Below are positions 8,640 to 17,449 of a DNA stretch of 39,609 nucleotides, piece by piece. Location of the stretch: NCBI GenBank assembly GCA_020051955.1, contig JAGVQB010000047.1, positions 1 to 39,609 of the forward strand. The letters are read 5' to 3'. Source of the stretch: a bacterium (GTDB taxonomy: Bacteria; Patescibacteriota; Patescibacteriia; UBA9934; GWF2-40-263). Below the pieces are notes generated by a model that had not been told where the DNA came from, did not search any database, and saw only the letters and a list, made by a program, of their open reading frames with translations. How positions within the stretch are numbered: position 1 is the first letter of the stretch; each line of letters starts with the position of its first letter. The position numbers were made by a program, and so were the translations under genes.

Positions 8640-9727
8640 GTGATAAGAAAGTATTACTTTTAACATCGGATTTTCCACCAAAAGAAGGCGGTGTGGCCAG
8701 ATACCTGCGCGCGCTGGCGGGTTTTTTTCATGACCAGATTGAGGTTGTGTGCGATCCAGATGAACACTGGCAGGAGTTTGATCCAATGGCTGGATATCCG
8801 ATTTTTCGTCGAGAGCTATTATCAAAAAGCGGAATCATGCGTTGGCGAAAGTCGGTTTCATTTTTGCGAGAGTTCAAAGATCGCTACCGCGCTGTCATCG
8901 TCAGCCACGTGTTGCCGTTTGGCACTGCCGCGTGGATCGCGAGCAAGTTTACTAAGTTGCCATACATTGTCATCGTGCACGGAATGGACATCCGACTTGC
9001 TTCTCGAACATTGAAAAAAAAATGGATCGCGAAAAAAGTTTTGACTGGCGCGCGCGTGGTAGTCGCGAACTCTAACGCGCTCGCGCAAGAAGTTGCTGAT
9101 ACTTTTGGATTGAAACAAGTCCTGGTTGTTTATCCGTGCGTGTCAGATTGTGTTTTGACAAAGCGAGATATGGATCAAGAATCATTTAGACTATTAACGG
9201 TGAGTCGTCTTGTTGAGCGGAAGGGTCACGTGTGCGTGTTAAACGCGCTTGCTCTTTTGAAACAATCTGGAAAACTTGGAAAGATCAGATATGACATTGT
9301 CGGAGATGGCCCAATGGAAGGAAGCCTGAAAAGCATAGTTGATGAACTTGGTTTGACCGATTGCGTTGCGTTTCTAGGACGTGTCAGCGACGAAAAGCGA
9401 GGGGCGCTATTTTCTGGCGCGGATCTGTTTGTCATGCCAGTGTCAAACGACCCTGTGGATAAGGAAGGCTTTGGACTTGTGTACATTGAAGCGGCGTCGC
9501 ACGGCGTTGCGTCTGTCGCGACGAGAGTCGCTGGGGTTGATGAGGCTGTGATTGATGGGCAGACTGGAATTTTGCTTGATGGGCAGGACGCGAACACGCT
9601 TGCGAGCGTGATTTTACAGCTAGTCAATGATTCGCAATTGCGTGAACGCCTTGGACTTGGTGCTTTTGCGCACGCGAAAAAGTTTGTGTGCGGTGAACAG
9701 ATGGAAAAACTACGGCCGTTTTTATGA
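8636..9727 (+). CDS. Glycosyltransferase family 4 (GT-B)
   Basis: DFPPKEGGVARY, VSRLVERKG, EGFGLVYIEA (ExFGxxxxE). Confidence 0.92.
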   Translation: MSDKKVLLLTSDFPPKEGGVARYLRALAGFFHDQIEVVCDPDEHWQEFDPMAGYPIFRRELLSKSGIMRWRKSVSFLREFKDRYRAVIVSHVLPFGTAAWIASKFTKLPYIVIVHGMDIRLASRTLKKKWIAKKVLTGARVVVANSNALAQEVADTFGLKQVLVVYPCVSDCVLTKRDMDQESFRLLTVSRLVERKGHVCVLNALALLKQSGKLGKIRYDIVGDGPMEGSLKSIVDELGLTDCVAFLGRVSDEKRGALFSGADLFVMPVSNDPVDKEGFGLVYIEAASHGVASVATRVAGVDEAVIDGQTGILLDGQDANTLASVILQLVNDSQLRERLGLGAFAHAKKFVCGEQMEKLRPFL

Positions 9728-10431
9728 GAAGTATTTCTGTCATCATTCCAACATATCAGCACGCGGGTTCGATCGTTAAATGTTTGGAATCGCTTTTCGC
9801 GCAAACAAGACTTCCCGATGAGATAATTGTGGTTGACGATGGGAGCACTGATAACACACAAGATAGGCTCGCGCGGTTTGAATCGAAGATTACGTACATC
9901 GCACAGAACAATGAGGGCGCGCCATCCGCGAGGATGCGTGGGTTTGGTGCGTCAACTGGGGCTCTCGTGCTTTTTTGTGACGCGGACGTATTGTTAGCGC
10001 GAAACGCGCTTGAAAAATTAGAACAAGCCCTTGATTTGAATCCTGGCGCTTCGTACGCGTATTCGAGTTTTGCGTGGGGAACAAAGAAATTTTCTTCCAG
10101 ACCGTTTGACGCGCGAGAACTTCAAAAGGGAAATTTTATCCACACAACAGCCCTAATACGTCGAGAACATTTTCCTGGTTTTGATATTGATCTGAAACGC
10201 TTTCAAGATTGGGATCTGTGGTTGACAATGTTTGAGCAAGGACATATTGGTGTGTTCGTGAATGAGGAATTATTCAGTGTTACTCAAGAACGAGGAAGAA
10301 AAAATATTTCTCGTTGGCTTCCATCGTTCGTTTATAACATACCTTGGCAGAAGATCGGTTGGGCACCGCGAGCTGTTCGTGAGTATCTGAATTCAAAAAA
10401 AATTGTTTTTAAAAAACATCATCTATTATGA
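9724..10431 (+). CDS. Glycosyltransferase family 2 (GT-A)
   Basis: ISVIIPTY, IIVVDDGSTD, FCDAD, QDWDLWL. Confidence 0.92.
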   Translation: MRSISVIIPTYQHAGSIVKCLESLFAQTRLPDEIIVVDDGSTDNTQDRLARFESKITYIAQNNEGAPSARMRGFGASTGALVLFCDADVLLARNALEKLEQALDLNPGASYAYSSFAWGTKKFSSRPFDARELQKGNFIHTTALIRREHFPGFDIDLKRFQDWDLWLTMFEQGHIGVFVNEELFSVTQERGRKNISRWLPSFVYNIPWQKIGWAPRAVREYLNSKKIVFKKHHLL

Positions 10432-11957
10432 GACAATTTTTCGACAAGATGTTTTGGCGATCGTTTTCGGTTATTGTTGTTATTTACCTAATAGCAACAC
10501 TGGCGTACCAAAGCGATTACTCAGGCTTGATTCTATTCGTAATGGCTGTGGCTTCAGCGTTTTTGTCATACAAGAGTTTGCACAGGGGGCTGGCTCTTGC
10601 GTTCCTAGAATTATTTTGTAATCCCCACGGAGTGCTTGTTATTGCCCCGTTTTTTGGTTTCAGTTTCACGTTGCGCATGGCGATCTTTGTTGGCGTGATG
10701 TTAGGGTGGGGGATTGGCATCTTTACGCGCCGTTACCATATCAGCATTCACGATGTTCGTTTGAAGCAGTTTATACTTTTAGCTCTTGCCATCGCGATTG
10801 GGTTTATTATGGGCGGTGTCTCAAGAGACCCATCAATTGTTTTCTCCGATGGAAACGCGTATTTCTTTCTATTGTATATTTTTCCGATCCTGTCGGTTCA
10901 CTGGACCCAAGAGCGTCGCCACGAATTACTGCAACTTCTTGCCTCCGGCGCTGTGTGGGTGTTATTTCTTTCGCTCGGACTTTTGTATGTATTTTCACAC
11001 TTTGGCGAAAATACACTGCGAACAGTTTATACTTTTTTTCGAGATTTACGGGTCGCGGAGATAACGAACCTTGGCAGTGGTGCATATCGAATCTTTATTC
11101 AATCTCAAACTTTTGTTGTTATATTTGGGTTGATGTTCTTTTCGTTTTGCGCGTTCGTGAATTGCAAACGATGGTGGATACTTTTCGAAAGTTTAATTAT
11201 TACTATTCTTCTTTTGTCTTTATCGAGAAGTTTCTGGGTTGGACTTGCTCCCGCGGTTGTGTTGATTATTGCTTTGATTTGTTCCAAAGGTCGCGCGTCT
11301 TGTCGCGCGCTGATGAAACAAGTTCCGCTCCATCTAGCCGCCGTTTTTTTAGGTGTCGCGATGATATACATCGTCGTACTTTTTCCAATCCCGCCACAGC
11401 GCGTTGATAGTTCTTTTTTGGCGGAGACCTTCAAAGATCGTGCGGTTGAGGATCAAGAGGTCGCGATTTCGAGCCGATGGAATCTTTTGCGTCCGATGGT
11501 TAATTTAATTATTGAAAGTCCGCTTGTTGGGCATGGCTTTGGAAAAGGCGTGACATTCCAAACAGACGATCCTCGCGCGCGCGAGGTTTCTCCCGATGGA
11601 ACATGGACAACGTATTCAATGGAATGGGGATGGCTTGAGTTGTGGATCAAGATGGGATTACTGGGGCCGGTGGGGTTTCTTTACCTAGCATTTGAGATTG
11701 TAAAAAGATTTTTGAGAGGTATTAATGGCGAGAATGGTTGGTTGTCAATTGGTTTGATTGCAAGCCTCGTATTTATCTACGCCACACATTTGTTCTCGCC
11801 CTATCTCAATCATCCCATTGGTCTTGGTTTACTTCTATTCTTGATTCCGTTTCTTCCAACAAAAAACAGCGACGCTATACCAGTCGCCGTCCTCGAATTC
11901 GAACCAAGACTGAAGGCGGCAAAAGAGATGCCTGTTACCGCGTCTCGATCTACGTAA
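10428..11957 (+). CDS. O-antigen ligase/Wzy_C-like polytopic membrane protein
   Basis: Multiple transmembrane segments; LSLSRSFWVG, then a soluble loop with SRW..., PLVGHGFG and WLELWIKMGLLG. Confidence 0.8.
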   Translation: MRQFFDKMFWRSFSVIVVIYLIATLAYQSDYSGLILFVMAVASAFLSYKSLHRGLALAFLELFCNPHGVLVIAPFFGFSFTLRMAIFVGVMLGWGIGIFTRRYHISIHDVRLKQFILLALAIAIGFIMGGVSRDPSIVFSDGNAYFFLLYIFPILSVHWTQERRHELLQLLASGAVWVLFLSLGLLYVFSHFGENTLRTVYTFFRDLRVAEITNLGSGAYRIFIQSQTFVVIFGLMFFSFCAFVNCKRWWILFESLIITILLLSLSRSFWVGLAPAVVLIIALICSKGRASCRALMKQVPLHLAAVFLGVAMIYIVVLFPIPPQRVDSSFLAETFKDRAVEDQEVAISSRWNLLRPMVNLIIESPLVGHGFGKGVTFQTDDPRAREVSPDGTWTTYSMEWGWLELWIKMGLLGPVGFLYLAFEIVKRFLRGINGENGWLSIGLIASLVFIYATHLFSPYLNHPIGLGLLLFLIPFLPTKNSDAIPVAVLEFEPRLKAAKEMPVTASRST

Positions 11958-12897
11958 GTACCGTGCCGTCAATGTCGGGGTGGCCAGCAATAAACGCGGA
12001 GGCTGACATTTTTGGTTTGCCTTCGGGTTGTAGTTCAAGAATTTCCAATGTCCCATTTGACGCAGAAACAAACACGCGATCTTTTTTAATTGAAATTGTC
12101 CCAGCCGGTAAATCAGCGGATAAATCTGTTAGTCGCATTCGTATCAGCTTAATGCGCACGGTTGAATCGTCAGATGATCGCACAAGACACCACAACCCCG
12201 GCCAGACGCCAAATGCCCTGTGTTTGCGTTCAATTACGTCCATTGGTTCAGACCAGTCCACGTGCCCATCCTCACGTGCAAGAAGCTTTGTAAGCGTCGC
12301 CTTGGATTCATCCTGACGCATTGGGACGATATCGCCGCAAGCGTGACGCTTAAGAGTTTCTACGAGGAGCCTAGTGCCGGTCGCCTTCACTTTTTCCTCC
12401 AGGCACTCATACGTCTCATCTGAATCAATTGTGATAGGTTCGCTTGCGAGGATTGGTCCGGTGTCCATTCCCTCGTCCAACAGCATAACCGAAACGCCGC
12501 CTTGAGCGTCACCAGAAAGAATTGTTCCTTGCATTGGTGATGGTCCGCGGTGGCGTGGAAGTAGAGAAGGATGCACATTAACAACTCCTAATTTTGGTAT
12601 CTGCAAAACAGCTGGAGGCAGAAGTTTGCCGTACGCTACGACCACAAAAATATCAGCAGCGAATTTTTTTAGATCCTCGACGGCCGCTAGATCACGCCTT
12701 AAGGATTCTGGTGAGACCACAGGTAAACCATTTTCCATCGCAAGAACTTTTATCGGTGAAGGAGTAAGATTTTTCCCTCTTCCGACTTGTTTGTCAGGCT
12801 GTGTTACAACGCAAACAACATTGAACTTTTTTTCGTCAATAAGCGCTTTAAGAAATGGGCAACTAAACGTTGGTGTGCCAAAGAAAATAATCTTCAT
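11950..12897 (-). CDS. fmt: Methionyl-tRNA formyltransferase
   Basis: MKIIFFGTP, VTQPDK, NVHPSLLPRHRGPSP, MDTGPI. Confidence 0.97.
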   Translation of the reverse strand: MKIIFFGTPTFSCPFLKALIDEKKFNVVCVVTQPDKQVGRGKNLTPSPIKVLAMENGLPVVSPESLRRDLAAVEDLKKFAADIFVVVAYGKLLPPAVLQIPKLGVVNVHPSLLPRHRGPSPMQGTILSGDAQGGVSVMLLDEGMDTGPILASEPITIDSDETYECLEEKVKATGTRLLVETLKRHACGDIVPMRQDESKATLTKLLAREDGHVDWSEPMDVIERKHRAFGVWPGLWCLVRSSDDSTVRIKLIRMRLTDLSADLPAGTISIKKDRVFVSASNGTLEILELQPEGKPKMSASAFIAGHPDIDGTVLT

Positions 12898-13367
12898 AAT
12901 TCTGGCGTGCTTGTGAAACGGACCACTTTATCTATAAACAATATCCCGTCCAAATGATCGATCTCATGCTGAAGAACGATTGCAAGCAACCTGCTGGCTT
13001 TGATGTCTAGTTTATTTCCATCACGTGAAAGCGCGCTTACCTTCACCTCACGGTGTCTGCGGACAATTCCTTTGAAACCAGGGATCGAAAGGCAACCTTC
13101 TTCTGATTTAATCTTTCGTAACGAGACAGAAACGATTTTTGGATTGATAAATACTTGCGCGCCGTCCCCAACATCAACAATGATGATTCGTTTATTCTCG
13201 CCAATTTGTGGCGCCGCGAGGCCGACCCCATTTTCTACGTAAAGCGTCTGTATGAGATCGTCAATCAGTGTTTGTGTTTCCAGGTTTGTGATCTCTTCAA
13301 TTTTAAGAGTGGTTGATTTTTTTCGAAGCCTGTCGTCTGGGTGCCTGATTATTTGGCGGCTAGTCAT
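12894..13367 (-). CDS. def: Peptide deformylase
   Basis: GVGLAAPQIG, EGCLS, QHEIDHLDG. Confidence 0.98.
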   Translation of the reverse strand: MTSRQIIRHPDDRLRKKSTTLKIEEITNLETQTLIDDLIQTLYVENGVGLAAPQIGENKRIIIVDVGDGAQVFINPKIVSVSLRKIKSEEGCLSIPGFKGIVRRHREVKVSALSRDGNKLDIKASRLLAIVLQHEIDHLDGILFIDKVVRFTSTPEL

Positions 13368-13382
13368 AGGTTGGAAACGCTA

Positions 13383-15203
13383 TCAAGAGTATAGCGTTGT
13401 GTCAATGATATATCTATCTGGAAGTTGAGAAAAGATGGCGCCAAGTTCATGGAATCTTTCGTTGGAAATGCCGATCTCAAGAATTGCTCCCTTGCATGAT
13501 TGAGTTTGTTTTTTGCCGAGCACTATTCCTGGAATTGTCGTAAGTGTTTTTTGTAACAGTTCCAACGCGACTTGTGCCTTATGATCTTCAGGCTCTGTGA
13601 TTGTGACGCGCGCCCAACGAACTGTTGGTGGCAATCGATAATCTCGTCTGGAAGTCTGCTCTTCAGTAGCCAACGAGATCGGATCGTTCAACACACTTGT
13701 GAGTAGCTCTGGGCTGGAGGTCTGAATGATAAACGGTGAGCGTGATGAATATGCGACGAATCTCCACTGCCACACATCTCGCACAAGCGAAGTAAGCGCC
13801 GACGGCTCCGATGAGTATATTGGCATGTCTATGTTTGTGGCTACAATAAGATTAAATCGTTCTGGCGAAAAGGGGTCGTAGATAGTTTCAAGATAAAAGT
13901 TTGTCGCGACTACAATTGATGCGTCCGAGGAAGTCGCGTGTTCCTTATCGACGATCCGTACACTTGTGTTTGGAAAATGACGTGAAAGCTCTTGAGCGAT
14001 TTCTTGATTTCCGGGTCCAACGCGCGAAAAGTCGCGTCCTCGACATGATGGACAATGCAGAGGCAGAGGTAAAGCTTGGTGACAACGGGCGCATTCAAGC
14101 CGATTTGGAAACACGGCAAGAGACGTCTCACAAGCAGGACACAACCATCGGTGCGCGCACGACTTGCACATGAGCAATCTTGAGACTCCTTTCTGGTTAT
14201 GAGCGCAAAGCACGCGTCCTCCCTGATTCAGAACTTCAGAAATTGCCTCGAGAGTTTGATAGCACATGGTCTCGCGATCGCGTTCTTGTTTGATATCAAC
14301 GACTTGAGTCTGCGCGTTAGAATTCCACAAAAGAATTTCCGATTCATCGAAACGATCGAGGACATTGGATGTTGGCGCGTTGTCAAATAGAAAGATGTTA
14401 GCCCCAAATCGTTTATGAATCGTCCAAGCAAGTGATCGCGCGTCAAAACGTGGATTGCGATCTGTCTGCTTAAAGTTGCTGTCGCCTGAGCGCACTATGA
14501 ATATGGAAGTAATCTTTGAGTCGATCATCAAAAGAGCGGCACGCGTCCCAATCATTATTCCAGTTGGTGACGCGCGAAAGTGTTCCCATCGACGGAATCG
14601 TTGTGTTGGCGATTCATCTCCGGTTATAACGCACGTATCAAAACCAGTTATGTGAGTTCGTATCAGATCTACGTCACGCACAGTCGGCGCTAAAATCAGA
14701 ACCTTGTGATTTTCCTGAGACTGCAAGTATCCCATGATTAACGCGGTGGAGCGGCGTATGTCTGGCGATTGAATGAATAGTTTATTGCGTCCGTGCATCA
14801 GCCTAACAATTTGTCCGATATGTTCCGCCTCGGATCGCGGAAGCATTACTGGTAAATTGCTTACACTTTGGACCTCGGCTTCCTCACTGCGTTTTGGTGG
14901 ATGTTGTATAGCGCAATACAAAACAGTACTAGCTGATACTGCCAGATCATCAGCTAGCCATTCAAAAAAAGAGAGCTCATCCTCCCTTAGTGCCAAGCCT
15001 TCATAACGCGCCTTAATTGTTTTTAGTTTGATTCCGCGTTCTGGTTTATCTTTGAGTCTCTTTACGATCCCCCAAAGTGTTTCGTTCCGATAGGGCACTT
15101 CGATTAAATCGCCACACGAAAGATTCACGCCTTCCGGGACAAGATAATCAAAGACTCGCAGACGACGGCTTTGGCGTTTTAGTGGGTAAACCTCGGCGAT
15201 CAT
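13383..15203 (-). CDS. priA: Primosomal protein N' (PriA)-like, helicase motifs degenerate
   Basis: N-terminal FDYLVP...GDLIEVPY 3'-binding domain; IGTRAAL; four CxxC pairs (CKSC, CPAC, CARC, CPSC); IIQT; YRLPP. No Walker A GxxGxGKT and no DExH. Confidence 0.82.
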   Translation of the reverse strand: MIAEVYPLKRQSRRLRVFDYLVPEGVNLSCGDLIEVPYRNETLWGIVKRLKDKPERGIKLKTIKARYEGLALREDELSFFEWLADDLAVSASTVLYCAIQHPPKRSEEAEVQSVSNLPVMLPRSEAEHIGQIVRLMHGRNKLFIQSPDIRRSTALIMGYLQSQENHKVLILAPTVRDVDLIRTHITGFDTCVITGDESPTQRFRRWEHFRASPTGIMIGTRAALLMIDSKITSIFIVRSGDSNFKQTDRNPRFDARSLAWTIHKRFGANIFLFDNAPTSNVLDRFDESEILLWNSNAQTQVVDIKQERDRETMCYQTLEAISEVLNQGGRVLCAHNQKGVSRLLMCKSCAHRWLCPACETSLAVFPNRLECARCHQALPLPLHCPSCRGRDFSRVGPGNQEIAQELSRHFPNTSVRIVDKEHATSSDASIVVATNFYLETIYDPFSPERFNLIVATNIDMPIYSSEPSALTSLVRDVWQWRFVAYSSRSPFIIQTSSPELLTSVLNDPISLATEEQTSRRDYRLPPTVRWARVTITEPEDHKAQVALELLQKTLTTIPGIVLGKKQTQSCKGAILEIGISNERFHELGAIFSQLPDRYIIDTTLYS

Positions 15204-15994
15204 AAATCGTTCAAATGGAATTGCGCGACCAGGTATCCAACACCAAACGGCGCTTCATACGACAAAATTTCTGGGCGGACGTTCTTCTTTTCTAAAACGC
15301 CAAACAGGATCAAGATTTGCTCATAAAGGCATTGACCTGAAGCAGAAATAATTTTGGACTCAAGATTAAGAAGCGCGGAGGTTGAGAGATTTTTGACCGC
15401 CTCAAGAACTGCGTGATCGTATTGTTCGCCTTCTGGATGGAAACCAAGTGGTGCCTGTGTAGTGAGACAGTGAGAGAGATCGCCTGACGCCACTACCGCG
15501 ATTCGTTTGTTGCTCGCGTCAATTACTTCTTTCAAAGCCGAACCAAAACGTAAGTGTTCGCGGTTGTCCAAGCCTGAATAGGTAGCTGGAATTATTTTTG
15601 CGTCAAGATCTCGCGATAGGTAATACAGAGGGACGCCAGTACCAAAATCCAAAGACGCAAAAGAGTCGAGTGTGAATGGAATTAATTCCTTTCGCATTCG
15701 ACGTTGAATTTGAGCAATTAGTTCAAGATCGGGCGACAACTCTTGGTTGATACTTAGATTCCCAAACTCTTTGAAATCAATAGTATATTCATCGTGAAGA
15801 TTCACTGAAAACGCGTCGTGGTGTTGTCCTGAATGTGACGAAAATACAATAATTGTTTCAGGACGAGCCAAAAATAATTCATCAGTAAGACGCTCAAGGG
15901 CTTTTTGTGTCTTCTCGAGAGATTTAAGATTCTCCTTTCCGATAGATGGGATGAGAAGAGGGGTGTGAGGTGTGATAGCTGAAAAAATCAACAT
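15200..15994 (-). CDS. Memo/AmmeMemoRadiSam protein B-like (class III extradiol dioxygenase fold)
   Basis: PHTPLLIP, SSH, ASGDLSH, SYEAPFGVGY. Confidence 0.82.
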   Translation of the reverse strand: MLIFSAITPHTPLLIPSIGKENLKSLEKTQKALERLTDELFLARPETIIVFSSHSGQHHDAFSVNLHDEYTIDFKEFGNLSINQELSPDLELIAQIQRRMRKELIPFTLDSFASLDFGTGVPLYYLSRDLDAKIIPATYSGLDNREHLRFGSALKEVIDASNKRIAVVASGDLSHCLTTQAPLGFHPEGEQYDHAVLEAVKNLSTSALLNLESKIISASGQCLYEQILILFGVLEKKNVRPEILSYEAPFGVGYLVAQFHLNDL

Positions 15995-15998
15995 AATT

Positions 15999-17435
15999 TT
16001 AGTTTATTGCCGATTCGATTTCAGAGGGTTTTTTGAGTGTTTCGAGGGCTGTCGTAAGAGGTTGAGAGAGAGGATGAATTGTCACAGAACGTTCATCTGT
16101 CCAAACGACTTGATTCCATTTCCAACCGTATGCGACAAAAGTCGCCTCGTCGGCAATGTGTCTACGAGCGCCTTCAGAGATAACAAAAACTTCTGCTGTG
16201 CCGCGCGAGGCAATAAGAGTGCCATCTTGAAAAGTTATTGGTTCGCCGCGTTCGTAAGCATTTAGATCAGCGAGTTCTGCTGGAACAATTGGGCGGCCAG
16301 CGAAGCGATTTACCAAAATTTCTTTTGAGAAAATCGGGCGCTTAAAACCATTCTCAACGTAGAATACCCCGCCAGTTGTTTTGTCTTGCAAGAGAATACC
16401 ATCAGGGTGCACAGACGAAACAGTGATCGGATCTCCCTCGGCGTACGGTTTTAATTCTTCAAAAGAGACATCAACAATTTCATCTTGTGAAAAACCAGTC
16501 GTCTTGAATGCTTCTTGTGATGTAAAACCGCGGCGCGTGTCGTCGACGATCAGGTACACTGTCCCGCGTGGTGAGCGAAGCAGAGAATAATTTGGGAAGG
16601 TAATTGCTTGTCCGATCGGATATGCATCAAGCGCGCTTGGCGGAACCTGGACAAGAGTGTTTGGATTGAAACGCGAAAAGAAGGCCGCTCTTGAGGTGAT
16701 CGGTCTGCGTGATCCGTTTTGAATAAGCCATATTCCGCCAGACGTTTCGTCTTGAAGAAGCGCGCCCGTTGGATATTCAGAATAAAACCAACGAGTCCAA
16801 ATGGCTACGAAGTTTTTATTTCCATTAAGGTGTGGCGTGTACGTGTAAAGCGATGCGGTCGCGTTATTAACTGGCATCACGAGAGTGCCGTCAATAACCG
16901 CTTCGATTCCTGGGCCTACGCCAGCTTCAGTAAATCCGCGACGCGTGAGATCTGATAAGTACGATTCGCGGATGCGTTGAGCTGAATAAAAAACTTGAGC
17001 CGCGAACCCGCGAAATTTTTGCAACCGTGGGTCAGACTTTGAACAATCATCGCAAATCGCATAACCCATTGCCCAATCCAGCTGATCCTTTGAGGGGCTA
17101 TCGTCCTCAACAAGACTCTGTTCGCGTTGTAATAATACGAGAAGAAATTTTGGGCTAATGTCAAAAGCCGAAGAAGCGTTCAGGATCATCTCTGCGGCGG
17201 ATCTCTCAACTCCATCTATGTCCCTCGCGCGATATTGAGCAAGTGAACCTCGCGAGAGGAATGCCTGAATCTGCGCGAGGCTCATGCTTTCAACATCCAG
17301 CATTTCCTCATCAGAAATAAGATAATTCAAATTTACATTCTGTTCATCTTGAGCACGCAAAAATAGGGAAGGGGAGGGGCAACTAAAAATCACCAGAAAC
17401 AACAAAAGTGTAGGGGCTCTTCGCATAACCATCAC
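15999..17435 (-). CDS. Secreted protein with putative lysozyme-like N-terminal domain and four C-terminal repeats
   Basis: N-terminal hydrophobic signal; ISPKFLLVLLQREQSL...AMGY...C..C...LYTYTPH domain; repeats GALLQ..GGIWLIQNGSRRPI, SLLRS..TVYLIVDDTRRGF, GILLQ..GGVFYVENGFKRPI, GTLIA..EVFVISEGARRHI. Confidence 0.65.
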   Translation of the reverse strand: MMVMRRAPTLLLFLVIFSCPSPSLFLRAQDEQNVNLNYLISDEEMLDVESMSLAQIQAFLSRGSLAQYRARDIDGVERSAAEMILNASSAFDISPKFLLVLLQREQSLVEDDSPSKDQLDWAMGYAICDDCSKSDPRLQKFRGFAAQVFYSAQRIRESYLSDLTRRGFTEAGVGPGIEAVIDGTLVMPVNNATASLYTYTPHLNGNKNFVAIWTRWFYSEYPTGALLQDETSGGIWLIQNGSRRPITSRAAFFSRFNPNTLVQVPPSALDAYPIGQAITFPNYSLLRSPRGTVYLIVDDTRRGFTSQEAFKTTGFSQDEIVDVSFEELKPYAEGDPITVSSVHPDGILLQDKTTGGVFYVENGFKRPIFSKEILVNRFAGRPIVPAELADLNAYERGEPITFQDGTLIASRGTAEVFVISEGARRHIADEATFVAYGWKWNQVVWTDERSVTIHPLSQPLTTALETLKKPSEIESAIN

Positions 17436-17449
17436 AGTATAGCGCGTTT

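Noticed and set aside
9226-9861. Long antisense ORFs (also 11738-12316, 27621-28235, 37742-38251)
   Set aside because: They are shadows of well-supported genes on the opposite strand and carry no motifs.
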